DNA of 64,000 bases, from assembly GCA_041390305.1 (NCBI GenBank), contig JAWKQE010000004.1:194649-258648 (forward strand), given 5' to 3'. Each line of letters starts with the position of its first letter. The first letter of the stretch is position 1. The notes beneath the pieces were generated by a model, which worked only from the letters and a program-made list of their open reading frames with translations, made no database searches and had not been told where the DNA came from. This stretch comes from Candidatus Eiseniibacteriota bacterium. Its GTDB lineage: Bacteria; Eisenbacteria; RBG-16-71-46; CAIMUX01. Positions 50,822 through 62,282 of this stretch are shown one piece after another. The position numbers were made by a program, and so were the translations under genes.

Positions 50822-52786
50822 ATGTGCGGAATCTGCGGCGTCCTCTCCCTGGCTGGCGTCGGTGAGGTGGAGCGCGACCGCGAGGCGGTCCGCCGAATGG
50901 TCGTGGCGCTCGCCCACCGCGGGCCGGATGACGAAGGCCTCACCACCGCTTCGGCGGGGGCCGTCGGCGCGACCCGTCTCGCCATTCGCGGCCTCGCCAG
51001 CGGACACCAACCCCTGGAAGACCCGGAGTCGGGCGTGGTGGCGGCCTGCAACGGCGAGATCGACAACGCATCCAGCCTCCGCGAATGGCTCGCGGAGCGC
51101 GGACGTCACGTCGTTCAGAGTACCGACATCGCGGTCATCCCCGCCCTCTATCTGGAGCTCGGCGAATCGTTCATCGAGAGACTGGAGGGCGTGTTCGCGA
51201 TCGCCGTATGGGATCCGCGAAACCATCGACTCCTGCTCGCGCGGGACCGGATCGGGGAACGGCCGCTCTTCTACGCCTACGACGGCACGACCGTTCGCTT
51301 CGCCACCGAGGTGGCCGCGCTCACGTCACACGAGACCATCGATCTCACGCCCGACCAGGCCGCGCTCCAGAGTTTCCTGCGCTTCGGTTCGTTCGTCGCC
51401 CCCTACTCCCCGTGCCTCGAGATCCGCAAGGTCGCGCCGGGCGAAATCCTGCGTTTCGAGAACGGCCGGATGCACCAGCGACGCTACTGGCGTTGGACGA
51501 TGCCCGAATCGACGAAGCGACCAGCTGACCGGGACGCGTTCGACGAGATCCTCCGCCGGGCCGTCCGGAACCAGAGCGAAGTAGAAGTGCCGGTCGGTGT
51601 CTTCCTGAGCGGCGGCATCGACTCGTCACTCGTCGCGGCTATCGCGCGGAAGGAGCGCCCCGAGCAGACGCTCCGCTCCTACACGCTCCGCTTCGGCGAG
51701 GACAGCTACGACGAAGGAGCGTTCGCGGAGCGCGTGGCCCGTCATCTCGGATGCGAGCCGGAATCGGTCTGGGTGACGGCGGAGTCGTTCCCGGAAGGAA
51801 TCGCCGAACTCATCGCGCTCGTGGGAGAGCCGCTGGCCGATCCGGCCTGGGTGCCGACCGCCATGCTGGCGCGCCGCGCGGCCAGGACGTCAAACTCGTA
51901 CTGGTCGGCGAGGGCGCGGACGAGATCTTCGGCGGCTATCCCACCTACCTCGGCGCCCTCTACTCGGACCAGTTCGCGTCCTGGCCCTCTCCGCTCCGCA
52001 GTCTCACGCAGGGGCTGGTCCATCGCTGGCCGCAGAGCGACAAGAAGGTGACGGTGGGCGCCCTCCTCAAGCGGTTCGTCGACGGCGCCGAAATGGACGG
52101 ACTCGGGCGCCACCTGCTCTGGACGTCGAACGTGACGCCCGCGCTGCTTCGTCGGCTCGGGGTCACCGACATGCCTACCCTCCGGATGGACTCCACGCGC
52201 GTTTCCGACGGTCGAGGGACACGGCCCGTCCCTGATCGATGAACGACCCGGCGGCGATTCGGCCGATCCGCAGAGCAGCGCAGTCGGGACGTTGCTCGAC
52301 CGGATCCAACGTCACGACCTCGAGACTTCGCTCGCAGAGGGGCTGCTCACGAAGTCGGATCGCGCCGGGATGCGTTCCGCGCTCGAGCTGCGCCCCGTTC
52401 CTGGCGCGCGAGGTACTCGAGTTCGCGGCCACTCTTCCCGCGGACGCCCGCGTCCGTGGCTTCGGACGAAGGCGTTCCTCAAGGAGTACGCGCTGCGCTA
52501 TCTCCCGAAGGACATCGTCCACCGGCGCAAGCGCGGCCTCTCGATCCCCCTCAGCCAGTGGCTCCGCGGTCCGCTTCGGGACTGGGCGGCATCCCGGGTG
52601 GGGGACGGCCGTCTGGCCGAGGTCGGCCTCGACCCCGCGGCCGCGTCGGACCTGCTCGCCGAGCACGAAGCACGCAAGGCCGATCACGCCCGCGCACTCT
52701 GGAGCGTCATCGTGCTGGACGAGTGGCTGCGCTGGCGCGAGACGCAGGCGCAGGCCCGCGTCGCAAGGGATCGCAACCGGTCCTGA
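50822..52786 (+). pseudogene. asnB: Glutamine-hydrolysing asparagine-synthase-family amidotransferase (AsnB-like); at least 4 frame changes
   Basis: MCGICGV (Cys2 nucleophile) and the VGVFLSGGIDSS PP-loop are in 50822..52051. The sense then passes through QDVKLVLVGEGADEIFGGYPTY (51751 frame), LLDRIQRHDLETSLAEGLLTKSDRAGMRSALELR (52292 frame) and APFLAREVLEFAATLPADARVRG (52239 frame), then KAFLKEYALRYLPKDIVHRRKRGLSIPL (52292 frame, stop 52786). The start is 4 nt after the GT-C gene stop. Confidence 0.75.
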
Positions 52787-52961
52787 GGTCCCGCCGCGGC
52801 GGGACCCAAGTCGTCCTGAGGGCGCCACCGCCCGACGTCCCACCAGCCGAAAGAGCTGACGGCGCCCCCCTCCGCCGGGTATCCTCGATGCTTCATATCC
52901 GACGATGACCCGCCCCCCAAGGGGCCAGCCATACTCATTTGCACTTCGGGAGCAACGGACC

Positions 52962-53950
52962 ATGAGGATCCTGAGCGGCGTCAAGCCGACCGGTAGACCG
53001 CATATCGGCAACTACTTCGGCGCCATCCGCCAGTTCGTCGACCTCCAGCACCGGGGCGAGGGCTACTACTTCGTGGCCGACCTCCACGCGCTGGACGAAA
53101 TCCGGGACCGGGACCGCCTCCAGGCGCTCTCCCTCGACGTCACGATCGACTACCTCGCCTTCGGCCTCGACCCAAAGAAGGCAGTCATCTGGCGTCAGTC
53201 GGACGTCCCCGAGACGAGCGAGCTCCAGTGGATCCTCGGGACCGTCACTCCGATGGCTCTCCTCCAGCGTGGGCACGCCTACAAGGACGCGCTCGCGAAG
53301 GACAAGAACGTCGACTTCGGGCTCTTCGCCTATCCGGTGTTGATGGCGGCCGACATCCTTCTCTACCTCCCCGATGGCGTTCCGGTCGGGAAGGACCAGA
53401 CCCAGCACATCGAGATCACGCGCGACATCGCGACGAAGTTCAACCAGACCTACTGCCCGGACTTCGATCCGCAGACGGGCGAGGGCGAGTCCTGAAGCTT
53501 CGGACGGGATCTATCTCGAGGAGACCGCGGTCGTCCCCGGAATCGACGGCCAGAAGATGTCCAAGTCCTACGGCAACGCGATCGAGCCGTTCGCGGACGA
53601 CAAGGCGCTCAAGAAGACGGTCATGAAGATCGTCACCGACTCGACTCCGCTCGAAGAGCCGAGAATCCGGATACCTGCAACGTCTTCCAGCTTCTCAAAC
53701 TGTTCACGACGAAAGACGAGCAGGCGGACATCCGGAAGCAGTACGAAGCAGGCGGCGTCGGCTATGGTCACTTCAAGACGGTGCTGCTCGACAAGGTGCA
53801 CGAGACGTTCGACGAGATGCGCGAGCGGCGCCGGGCCCTGGAAGCGGATCCGGTCGAGGTCGAGCGGATCCTGGCGGACGGCGCGGAGCGAGCGCGCGAA
53901 ACGGCGAGCCAGGTGCTCGGCGGCGTGAAGAAGGCCTGCGGGCTCGCGTG
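52962..53950 (+). CDS. trpS: Tryptophan--tRNA ligase; reading frame broken at least twice (near 53470-53500 and near 53655-53665)
   Basis: ATG 52962 gives [20 protein letters not shown] (HIGH motif)...[10 protein letters not shown]...[16 protein letters not shown] in frame 0. [13 protein letters not shown] (KMSKS) is in the 53374 frame. The C-terminus [15 protein letters not shown]...[13 protein letters not shown]...[10 protein letters not shown] is in a third frame, ending at TGA 53948-53950. Confidence 0.85.
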
Positions 53951-54017
53951 AGCCAACGGACTCGGTGACACCGCGCACCGACTCTCTCACACATCACAGA
54001 ACCAGGAAGGCTCTGAT

Positions 54018-54851
54018 ATGCCGAAGACATGGTTCATCACCGGTTGCTCGACCGGTTTCGGTCGACTGCTGACTCAGGCACTCCATGCCCGCGGCGACAA
54101 CGTCGTGGCCACGGCCCGCAAGGTGGAGACGCTGGCCGATCTCGGCACGTCGGACGAGGAGCGGATCCTCCGTCTCTCCCTCGACGTGACCGCCCCCGCG
54201 CAGATCGAAGCCGCGGTGGAAGCAGCGCTCGCCCGCTTCGGCGCGATCGACGTGCTCGTCAACAACGCCGGGTACGGATACTTCTCGGTCCAGGAGGAAG
54301 GTGACCTCGCCGAGATCCGCGCCATGTACGAAACGAACGTATTCGGGCTCATCAGCATGACGCAGGCGGTTCTCCCCCACATGCGAAAGCAGGCGAGCGG
54401 CACGATCGTGAACCTCTCCTCCATCGCGGGACGGATCGGATCGCCTCGGAGCGGTTTCTACCAATCGACGAAGTGGGCCGTGGAAGCGCTCTCGGAATCA
54501 CTCCACCACGAAACCGGGTCGTTCGGGATCAAGATCGTCGTGATCGAGCCGGGCCTCTTCAGTACGGACTTCCCGATGTCGGCCCGGAGGCAGGACCCCG
54601 AGGTCGCCGCCCAGTCGCCGTACGCCAGGGTCGGCGAGTCGTGGACGCGGAACTTCGGTGGCAAGTACTTCACCGAGAAGCAGGATCCTCAGGTCGTCGT
54701 GAATCAGATTCTCCGCGGAGTCGACGAAGGGCAACGGTTCGTGCGCATCCCCGTCGGAGCGGACTCTCGCATGCTCGTCGGAAAGCGGGAGGAGCACGGA
54801 TTCGACGGATTCGTCTCCTGGCTCCACGACGAACTGCACGAAGGAGCCTAG
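54018..54851 (+). CDS. Short-chain dehydrogenase/reductase (classical SDR)
   Basis: Intact 277 aa. Motifs: [12 protein letters not shown] (cofactor loop), NNAG, and S...YQSTK (catalytic Ser/Tyr/Lys). Confidence 0.9.
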   Translation: MPKTWFITGCSTGFGRLLTQALHARGDNVVATARKVETLADLGTSDEERILRLSLDVTAPAQIEAAVEAALARFGAIDVLVNNAGYGYFSVQEEGDLAEIRAMYETNVFGLISMTQAVLPHMRKQASGTIVNLSSIAGRIGSPRSGFYQSTKWAVEALSESLHHETGSFGIKIVVIEPGLFSTDFPMSARRQDPEVAAQSPYARVGESWTRNFGGKYFTEKQDPQVVVNQILRGVDEGQRFVRIPVGADSRMLVGKREEHGFDGFVSWLHDELHEGA

Positions 54852-54858
54852 ACACTCC

Positions 54859-55803
54859 GTGACTCCACCCGTCGCTCAACTGGAAGACCACCGCGCCGAG
54901 ATCACGGCACATTGCTACCGGATGCTCGGTTCGGTCGTCGATGCGGACGACGCCGTGCAGGAGACGATGATCCGCGCCTGGCGGGGGCTGGAGAAGTTCG
55001 ATGGACGGTCGTCTCTCGGCACCTGGCTCTACCGGATCGCGACCAACGTCTGCCTCGACGAGCTGGGTAAGCGGAAGAGGCGTGCGCGCCCGGTCGACGA
55101 ATCGGATCCCGGCACGAAGGACAGTCCGCTGACGGAGCACCCCCGCTCCCATTGGATCGAACCGGTGCCGGACGCGCAGGTCGTGCCCGAGGACGCCGAT
55201 CCCGAACGGAGGTTCGCGCTCCGGCAGAGCGTCCGCCTCGCATTCGTGGCTGCGCTCCAGCACCTTCCTCCCAAGCAGCGCGCCGCGCTCCTGATGCGCG
55301 AGGTCCTGGACTGGTCCGCGGCCGAGATCGCAGACGCACTGGAGACGACCGTACCCGCGGCGAACAGCGCACTCCAAAGGGCGCGCGCCACGATGGCGGA
55401 ACGGAACGTCTCCGAGTTGGAGCCGCTCACCGACACACAGCAGGCGCTGATCCAGCAGTACGTCGAAGCGTTCGAACGGTACGACGTCGACGCGCTCACG
55501 TCTCTCCTCCACCATGACGTCGCGTTCTCGATGCCGCCCTACTCCCTCTGGCTGCGGGGTCCCGAGCACGTCCACGGGTTCCTCCTCGGCCCGGGCATCG
55601 GATGTCGCGGATCCCGCCTCCTGCCGACCGCGGCGTCGGGGGCACCGGCATTCGGGCAGTATCACAAGAGCGCGAACGGCTACTCACCGTGGGGGCTGGT
55701 GGTCGTCGAGCCCCGCGGAGATCGGATCGCATCCTGGACGACCTTCCTCGACACAGAAACGCTCTTCCCTAGGTTCGGGCTGCCGCTCCACCTGTCTGAC
55801 TAG
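54859..55803 (+). CDS. ECF sigma factor with SnoaL-like C-terminal extension (ECF41/SigJ-like)
   Basis: Intact 314 aa with a GTG start 7 nt after the SDR stop. Region 2 reads [40 protein letters not shown]. Region 4 reads [42 protein letters not shown] ~110-aa extension ([27 protein letters not shown]...) follows. Confidence 0.85.
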   Translation: MTPPVAQLEDHRAEITAHCYRMLGSVVDADDAVQETMIRAWRGLEKFDGRSSLGTWLYRIATNVCLDELGKRKRRARPVDESDPGTKDSPLTEHPRSHWIEPVPDAQVVPEDADPERRFALRQSVRLAFVAALQHLPPKQRAALLMREVLDWSAAEIADALETTVPAANSALQRARATMAERNVSELEPLTDTQQALIQQYVEAFERYDVDALTSLLHHDVAFSMPPYSLWLRGPEHVHGFLLGPGIGCRGSRLLPTAASGAPAFGQYHKSANGYSPWGLVVVEPRGDRIASWTTFLDTETLFPRFGLPLHLSD

Positions 55804-55811
55804 GCCCGCCG

Positions 55812-58800
55812 ATGAACCCCGAACTGCCAAACCCGGACGATCGCTCCGGGAATCTCGAGCACGAGGGGACACGCGACGCGGAGCGTCTGTTCCAGGACGC
55901 CCTGGATCTCCCCGCCACCGAACGTGCTGCGTTCCTCGACATCCACTGCCCCGCCGGCTCCCGTCTGCGTTCCGATGTCGAGGAACTCCTCCGTCACTTC
56001 GACGAGGCCGGTGAGGACTTCCTCGCGACCTCCGACCATCGGCAGACCGTCGTGTCCGGAGTCGCGCAGGATCGGGCCGCCATCGGTCCCTACCCGGTTC
56101 TGGGGCGTCTCGGAGAGGGCGGCATGGGCGAGGTCTACCGCGCCCATGACCGTCGGCTCGACCGTGAAGTGGCGATCAAGGTCCTGCCGAGTGTCGTCGC
56201 CGACGACGCCGACTGGCAGGCCCAGATCCAGAAGGAAGCGAGACTTCTCGCGTCCCTCAACCATCCCAACATCGCCACGGTGTTCTCTCTCGAGGATCAC
56301 GAGGGGGAGCAGTTCCTCACCATGGAACTGGTCCATGGTGAGACGTTGGCGGAACGTCTCGCGAGAGCCCCCATCGCGCTGGGAGAGACTCTGGCGTGGC
56401 TCCAGCAAGTGGCCTCCGCGATCGAAGCCGCCCACAAGAAGGGCGTCGTCCACCGAGATCTCAAACCAGGTAACGTGATGATCACGGCCGAAGGGCGTGC
56501 GAAGGTGCTGGACTTCGGCATCGCGAGTTCGATCCGCAGCGAGCCCATGGCGCCGGCCCCCACGACGGAGCAGATTCGGCCCGCAGGGACTCCTGGGTAC
56601 ATGAGCCCGGAGCAGATCCGCGGTGAGCCGCCGGATCCCCGGACGGACCTCTTCGCCTTCGGCTGCATCCTCTACGAGTGCCTGAGCGGGCGCCGGGCGT
56701 TCTCCGGCGATTCCGTCGCCGCCGTCGGCGAAGTCGACCTTGGGCACGAGATCGACTGGCGAGCACCACTCCGTCCCTTCCCAGTCGGATCCGGGACATC
56801 CTGACGCGGTGCCTGGAGAAAGACCGGAGTCCCCGGGTCGGCATCATGGCGCACGTGCGGCGCCCTCTCGAAGAGGAACTCACGCAGCGCTCCCATCTCG
56901 CGGCCGGTGCCGGCTCCGGAAGCGTCCCGCACAACCTGCCGACCCCGCTCACCTCGTTCGTCCGGACGTGGTAGCGAACGGATGCAGATCGAGAACGCGC
57001 TCTACCACTCGCGATGCGTCACCGTCGTCGGAGCCCGGGAGGCTCTGGGAAGTCGCGTCTCGCCCTCGAAGTGGCGCGGAGTTCACTGTCGCACTGGACC
57101 GACGGGTGTTAACTCGTCGAACTCGCGTCCGTCGACGATCCCAACGGTGCCGGCGACGATCGCACGCACGCTCGGCGATGCCTCCACACGCAGGACAGCC
57201 GACCCTCGACACGATCGCCACGTTCCTGGAAGACCGGCACCTACTGCTGATCCTCGACAACTGTGAACACGTGATCGACAACGTCGCGGTTCCGCTCAGG
57301 CGAGGTCCTCCGAACGGCGCGGGGTGTCCACGCACTCGCGACGAGTCGGGGCGTCTCGGCGTCACGGGAGGGCCGGCTCGTCCATCTGCCGTCCCTCACC
57401 CTCCCCGTCTCCGCGATCGGAAAGGCCGTCGACCTCGGTGCCGTCAGAGAGTCGGATGCAGTCCTCTTCCTGGACCGGGCCGCAGTGCCCGGGCTGGACC
57501 TCGGTGACGGCGGAGAACGCTCAGGTCGTCACGGCGATCTGTCGCTCCTGGATGGCATCCCTCTTGCGCTCAATTTGGCGGCGGCGAAGACCAAGGTACT
57601 CGCACTGGACGAGCTCGCGGAGAGACTGAGCGATCGCTTTCGTATCCTCAGCACGGGAAGTCGCACCGCGGTGGCGAGACGCGGACGCTTCGTCGCCACG
57701 ATCGATTGGAGCTACGAACTCCTGGAGGAGTCGGAGAGAGTGCTCTTCCCGCCGGCTCGCCGTCTTCAGCGGTGGATGGACCCTGCGCGCCGCGGAAGAC
57801 GTGTGCGCGAGCAGAAATCGAGGATGGCAGATCTCGACCTCCTGCGACTCGTCGAAGTCGCTCACGTCGGGCTTTCGATGCGGCGAAGTCCGAAGGGCGG
57901 ACGCGCTACCGGATGCTGGAGTCCGTCCGGGAGTACGCGCGCCACCGCCTGGACGACGCCCGGGAATCGGCGGAACTCCAGGAGCGACACGGGCGGTACT
58001 ACCTGCACAGGTCCGTCGAGGTCGCCGGGCACTTGCGGGGCCCCGAGCAGGCCATGTGGTTCTCAGTCTGGAGAACGAGCACGACAACCTCAGATCGGCG
58101 CTCTCCCACTTCGAGGAACACGATCCGGACGCCGGACTCCGAACTCGCCACCGCCTTGGGAAGATTCTGGGCCGTCCGCGGACACTGGAAGGAAAGGGCG
58201 ACGACTGCTACAGCGCGCGGTCGAAGCGAGCCGGACGCGGAACCGGAGTCGCCCTCGCCGAGCGCGATCTGCTGGGCCGGAACACTCGCCCGGATGGTTG
58301 AGGTGATGGCCGACGCAGCGAAGCCACTGTTCGAGCGAAGCCTGCACGCTGGCCAAAGGCGGCCGAGGATCGGCGCCTGATGGCGACGGCGCTCAGCAAC
58401 CTCGGGCATCTCTGCCACATGCAGGGCGAGTACGCAGCGGCCCGCGAGCGCTACGAAGAGTGCCTCTCCATCCGGCGCGAACTGGGAGACCTCCACGACA
58501 TCGCGACCTCGCTCACCTCCCTCGGTTCCATCCTAGACATGATCGGGAACTCGACAGAAGCAGAGCGGATCTTCGAGGAGAACCTCGCCATCACGCGCGA
58601 GATCGGAGACCTTCCCCTCGTGTCGACGGCGCTCGTCAACCTCGGGCGCGTCGCCTCCTATCGAGGGGACTACGAGCGGGCGAGAGAGCTCTCGGAAGAA
58701 GCGCTCCGGATCACGAAGGCGATCGGGGATCGGAGACTCCTCGCCCAGGTGTACCAGAGCCGCGGTGCCATCGCGTTTCAGGAGGAAGACTTCGGCACCG

Positions 58801-59350
58801 CCTACGAAGCCTACCTCCAGAGCCTCGAACTCCGCGAACAGCTCGAAGACAGAAGAGCGGCCGGCCACTCCCTCGCGGGGCTTGGGTACACCGCGTGCCT
58901 GCGTGGCGACTTCGAGCTCGCCCGCCGACACCTGGACGACAGTCTGCGCGCGGGTCGCGAGACCGGAGACCTTCCCGGGGTCTCCTACGCTCTCTCCGGG
59001 CTCGGATACCTGGCATCCGAGTTGGGAGACCTAGACGAGAGCGAGCGCTGCCTCGAAGATGGCCTTGGCATCGCACTCCGCTCGGGCGACCCCGTCGTGA
59101 CGGTCGTCACGTTGGAGGGGCTCGGAACCGTGCACTGCGGGCGCGGGGACTTCCGGAGTGCCGTCCGCTGCCTCGCCGCGGCCGGAGCCATCCGCGAACG
59201 TGTACTCGATGCCGATGAGTCGATACGCCCAACGCAGGCGAGAGTCGTGTCTCGACCACGCCCGGACCGACCTCGGAGACGAGGGGAGTTCAGATTGCGT
59301 GGGCCGAGGGGCGAACCGCGCGCCCGGAAGAGTTCCTGAGAGATCCCTAA
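55812..59350 (+). pseudogene. Hanks-type Ser/Thr kinase fused to a P-loop STAND (NB-ARC-like) ATPase and TPR array; at least 8 frame changes between about 56740 and 58380 and one near 59200
   Basis: Kinase domain (55812..56804): GEGGMGEVY, VAIKVL, HRDLKPGN, DFG, GTPGYMSPE. The sense then hops frames in this order: IRDILTRCLEKD, LPTPLTSFV, P-loop GSPGGSGKSRLALEVA, HLLLILDNCEHV, DGIPLALNLAAAKTK...IDWSYELL. TPR array (58380..59339): LSNLGHLCHMQGEYAAARERYEECL and similar units. The last helix, IAWAEGRTARPEEFLRDP, is in another frame and ends at TAA 59348-59350. Confidence 0.75.
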
Positions 59351-59489
59351 GTCGGCTAGACGCACGTGTGTTGGTATTACAGCGCCGTCTCCCCTCCACG
59401 GCCCCCCGTCCCGGGACCCTCTCCTCGAATGAGGTCCCGGTTCGGTGCACCCTGCACGAACCGGCCGCGGAACGAACCAAGGAGGTTCC

Positions 59490-61639
59490 ATGCGACGCCT
59501 GACGTTCGCCCTGGTTTCCGCTGCGTCCATCCTCTCCATCGCCGGAGCCGCGCATGCGGAGTGTGGTTCGATCGAGGGAACGATCACCTGGAAGAGCGGA
59601 CTCGACATCTCGCACTACAGCCCCGGAGAGGGGTTCGAGGGATTCTTCCTCGAGGTCGCGAGTTCCGGAGGCCTCGTCACCGCGACGGACTTCTACGGCC
59701 TCCGGTGTTTCCGAGATCGTCGGGCCCGGACAGCTCGAAGCCAGGACACGGCTTCTCCTTCGGCTACGGCACCGGCCTCATGATGGAGGGCGGCCTCGTC
59801 TACGCCAGTGGTGGGAGCACGTTCGGCATCTTCTCCGTCCTCCCGGACGGGACACTCGACCTCGTCTCCGAGACCGACCTGGGATACATCTATGACTTCG
59901 TGAAGCAGGGGAACTACGTCTATGCCGCTTGCGGAGGCTCGGTCCGCGTGCTCGACGTCTCCGACCCGGCCGTTCCGGTGATCACTGCCACTGTCTCCTC
60001 CGACGCCTACCACATCGCGGTGACTCCGAGTCGAGCCTATGTCGGATCCCTCAACTCCCAGGTGAGGTCGTACAACCTGGCAGACCCCGCCCACCCGACC
60101 TTCGTCGCCCCCGTGCTGAATGGCGGCGGACAGATCACGGGTATGGAGGTCTACGCCGGGCACCTCTTCATGACTCAACTCAACGATGGGCTCACCGCCT
60201 ATGAACTCTCCTCTCCGGACTCTCCCACACCAGTTGGATTCGCGGACACCGGGGTCTCGGGCGCTCTCACGATCCAGGACGGAACGGCTGCGGTACGGGG
60301 CGCTGGAGCGGAGTTCCTGGACGTCACCGATCCCACTCACCTCGATGTCAAGGGCGCCTTCCGTTCTGTAGGAATGGAAGGAATGGCGGTGGTCGATGGG
60401 GTCGCCTACATCGCGGCGGGATCGCTCCAGGCACTCGACCTCGGAGAGATGACGAACCCCGCTCCTCTCGCCTCTCTCCCGGCCTTCGCGGGTGGGCTGG
60501 ACCTCCATGTCCTCGGCGACCATCTGGTGCTGCGGCTTCCGAGTTCGGTCGAGGTCATCTCGATCGCGGACCCACTCGCACCCGTGGGTGTCGCCTCGAT
60601 CCCGTTCGGGACCACGCGCGGAATGGACGTGGCGAACGGCTACGCCTACGTGGTCGACACGAGCGGGTTCCACGTCGTCGACCTCGGAACTCCGTCCGCG
60701 CCTGTGGAGGTGGGAACGGTGACGGGGAGCTTCCCCTGGGATGTCGTCGCCACCGGGAATCGTGTCTACGCGTCGAGGTACGGCGAGACAGCGGTGTTCG
60801 ACGTCAGCACTCCGAACGCACCGACGAATCTGGGAGAGAGCGCACTGGGCATCTTCGCCGAGGCGTTCACCGCTTCCGGGAACACCGTCTATTTCAGCGA
60901 GTCGTTCGAAGGGTCGGGAACGGTGAGCGCCTATGACTTCACCGACCCGGGCAATCCGAGCTTCTTCGATGGTTGGTTCGGAAGCACCGTGAGCCAGGTT
61001 GCCGTTCTGGGCGACGACCTCGTCCTCGGATCGCCTACATCCCTCCTGCGAGTCGACGGCGCGACGTTCGAAACGATCGAGTCGGTTGGAGAGTGCGCGT
61101 TCGGCACGGAGGGAATCCATGTCGCGGGCGACGGCAACCTCTTCTCCTGGTACGGGAGCTACCATGCGTTCGCTTCGAGCCCTGCCCTCGAGTACGTATC
61201 CTCGGGTTCCACGCCGGCAGGTGGCGTCCGCGGTCTGGCGACTTCCGATGATCACGTCTTCGTGACGGACTCGGGCGGGCTCTACGTGATCGAACGGCCG
61301 TGTGCACCGTCCGCGGTGCCGGCGCCGAGTGGCCTCACTCTCGGAACGCTCCGGGCCGCACCCAATCCCACCTCCGGCGCGACCTGGTTCTCACTCCCGG
61401 CGTCCGTGAGCGGGACAACCCCTGGCTCGGAGATCGGCGCGACGACCGCGCTCACCCTCGAGATCTTCACGGTCGACGGCCGTCTCGTCCGAAGCCTGTC
61501 CACCAACAACATCCGCTCCCGGTCGATCTACTGGGACGGACGGGACGAGAACGGACGGCCGGTAGCGACCGGCGTCCTGCTCGCTCGCTGGCGCGGATCG
61601 GATGGTTCCGGCTCGACGAGCGTTCGAGTCCTCCGGTAG
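59490..61639 (+). CDS. Second LVIVD-repeat beta-propeller protein with C-terminal sorting domain; two frame changes near 59700-59740
   Basis: ATG 59490 after AAGGAGG gives the signal MRRLTFALVSAASILSIAGAAHA (59445 frame). FEIVGPGQLEA is in the 59554 frame. The rest is in the 59366..61639 frame: VRVLDVSDPAVP, GFHVVDLGTPSAP, AVFDVSTPNAP. Tail: LEIFTVDGRLV...YWDGRDENGRPVATGVLLARWRGSDGSGSTSVRVLR. Confidence 0.8.
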
Positions 61640-61666
61640 CCGTCCACCGCCAGACGGACTGCGATC

Positions 61667-61687
61667 GGGCGGCGGGGCAGGCCGCCC
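61667..61687 (+). terminator. Short GC hairpin after the LVIVD gene (weak terminator candidate)
   Basis: gggcggc / ggggcag / gccgccc forms a 7-bp stem 28 nt after stop 61639, followed by ccgcttctcat. Confidence 0.3.
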
Positions 61688-61865
61688 CCGCTTCTCATCG
61701 GCTCGGCATGCTTCGTGAGAACGAAGTGTGCCGAGTCGACTTTTCTCCCTCCCTACCGATGAGTCCCTCCTCCCCCGCCGGTCAAACGGGCGAACCGACA
61801 TCGATGCCCGCTCGCCCGGCCCTGGCCCGGCGAGATCCCGAACCCACGAAGGAGACACCGACCCC

Positions 61866-62282
61866 ATGCACACGACTCCCGCCCGCATGCTCTTCGTCAA
61901 CCTCGCCGTCGAGGACCTCGAGCGATCGAAGGAGTTCTTCGCGAAGCTCGGTTTCGAGTTCAACGCTCAGTTCACCGACGACAATGCCGCCGCGATGATC
62001 ATCAACGAGTCCTGTGGCGTCATGCTCCTGCGGGAACCGTTCTTCCAGGGATTCACGAAGAAGGAGATCGCCGACACGACTGCCGGCACGGAATGCCTGC
62101 TCGCCTTCACGGTGGAGAGCCGCGAAGCGGTGGACCGGATGGTCCAGACGGCCATGGACGCCGGCGCCGGCCATGCCATGGACAAGCAGGACCACGGCTT
62201 CATGTACTCCGGTAGCTTCTACGACCTCGACGCCCACCACTGGGAGGTGTTCTGGATGGACCCCGCGACGGTGCAGCCCTAG
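61866..62282 (+). CDS. VOC (glyoxalase/bleomycin-resistance fold) family protein
   Basis: Start trimmed to ATG 61866 after GAAGGAGA; 138 aa. It reads MLFVNLAVEDLERSKEFFAKLGFEF...GFMYSGSFYDLDAHHWEVFWMDP. Confidence 0.85.
   Translation: MHTTPARMLFVNLAVEDLERSKEFFAKLGFEFNAQFTDDNAAAMIINESCGVMLLREPFFQGFTKKEIADTTAGTECLLAFTVESREAVDRMVQTAMDAGAGHAMDKQDHGFMYSGSFYDLDAHHWEVFWMDPATVQP

Noticed and set aside
55812-59350. The STAND ATPase as an Avs-like or other antiviral NLR defence gene
   Set aside because: The N-terminal module is a Hanks kinase and the C-terminus is a TPR array, the common regulatory architecture. There is no nuclease, TIR or protease effector and there are no neighbouring defence genes.
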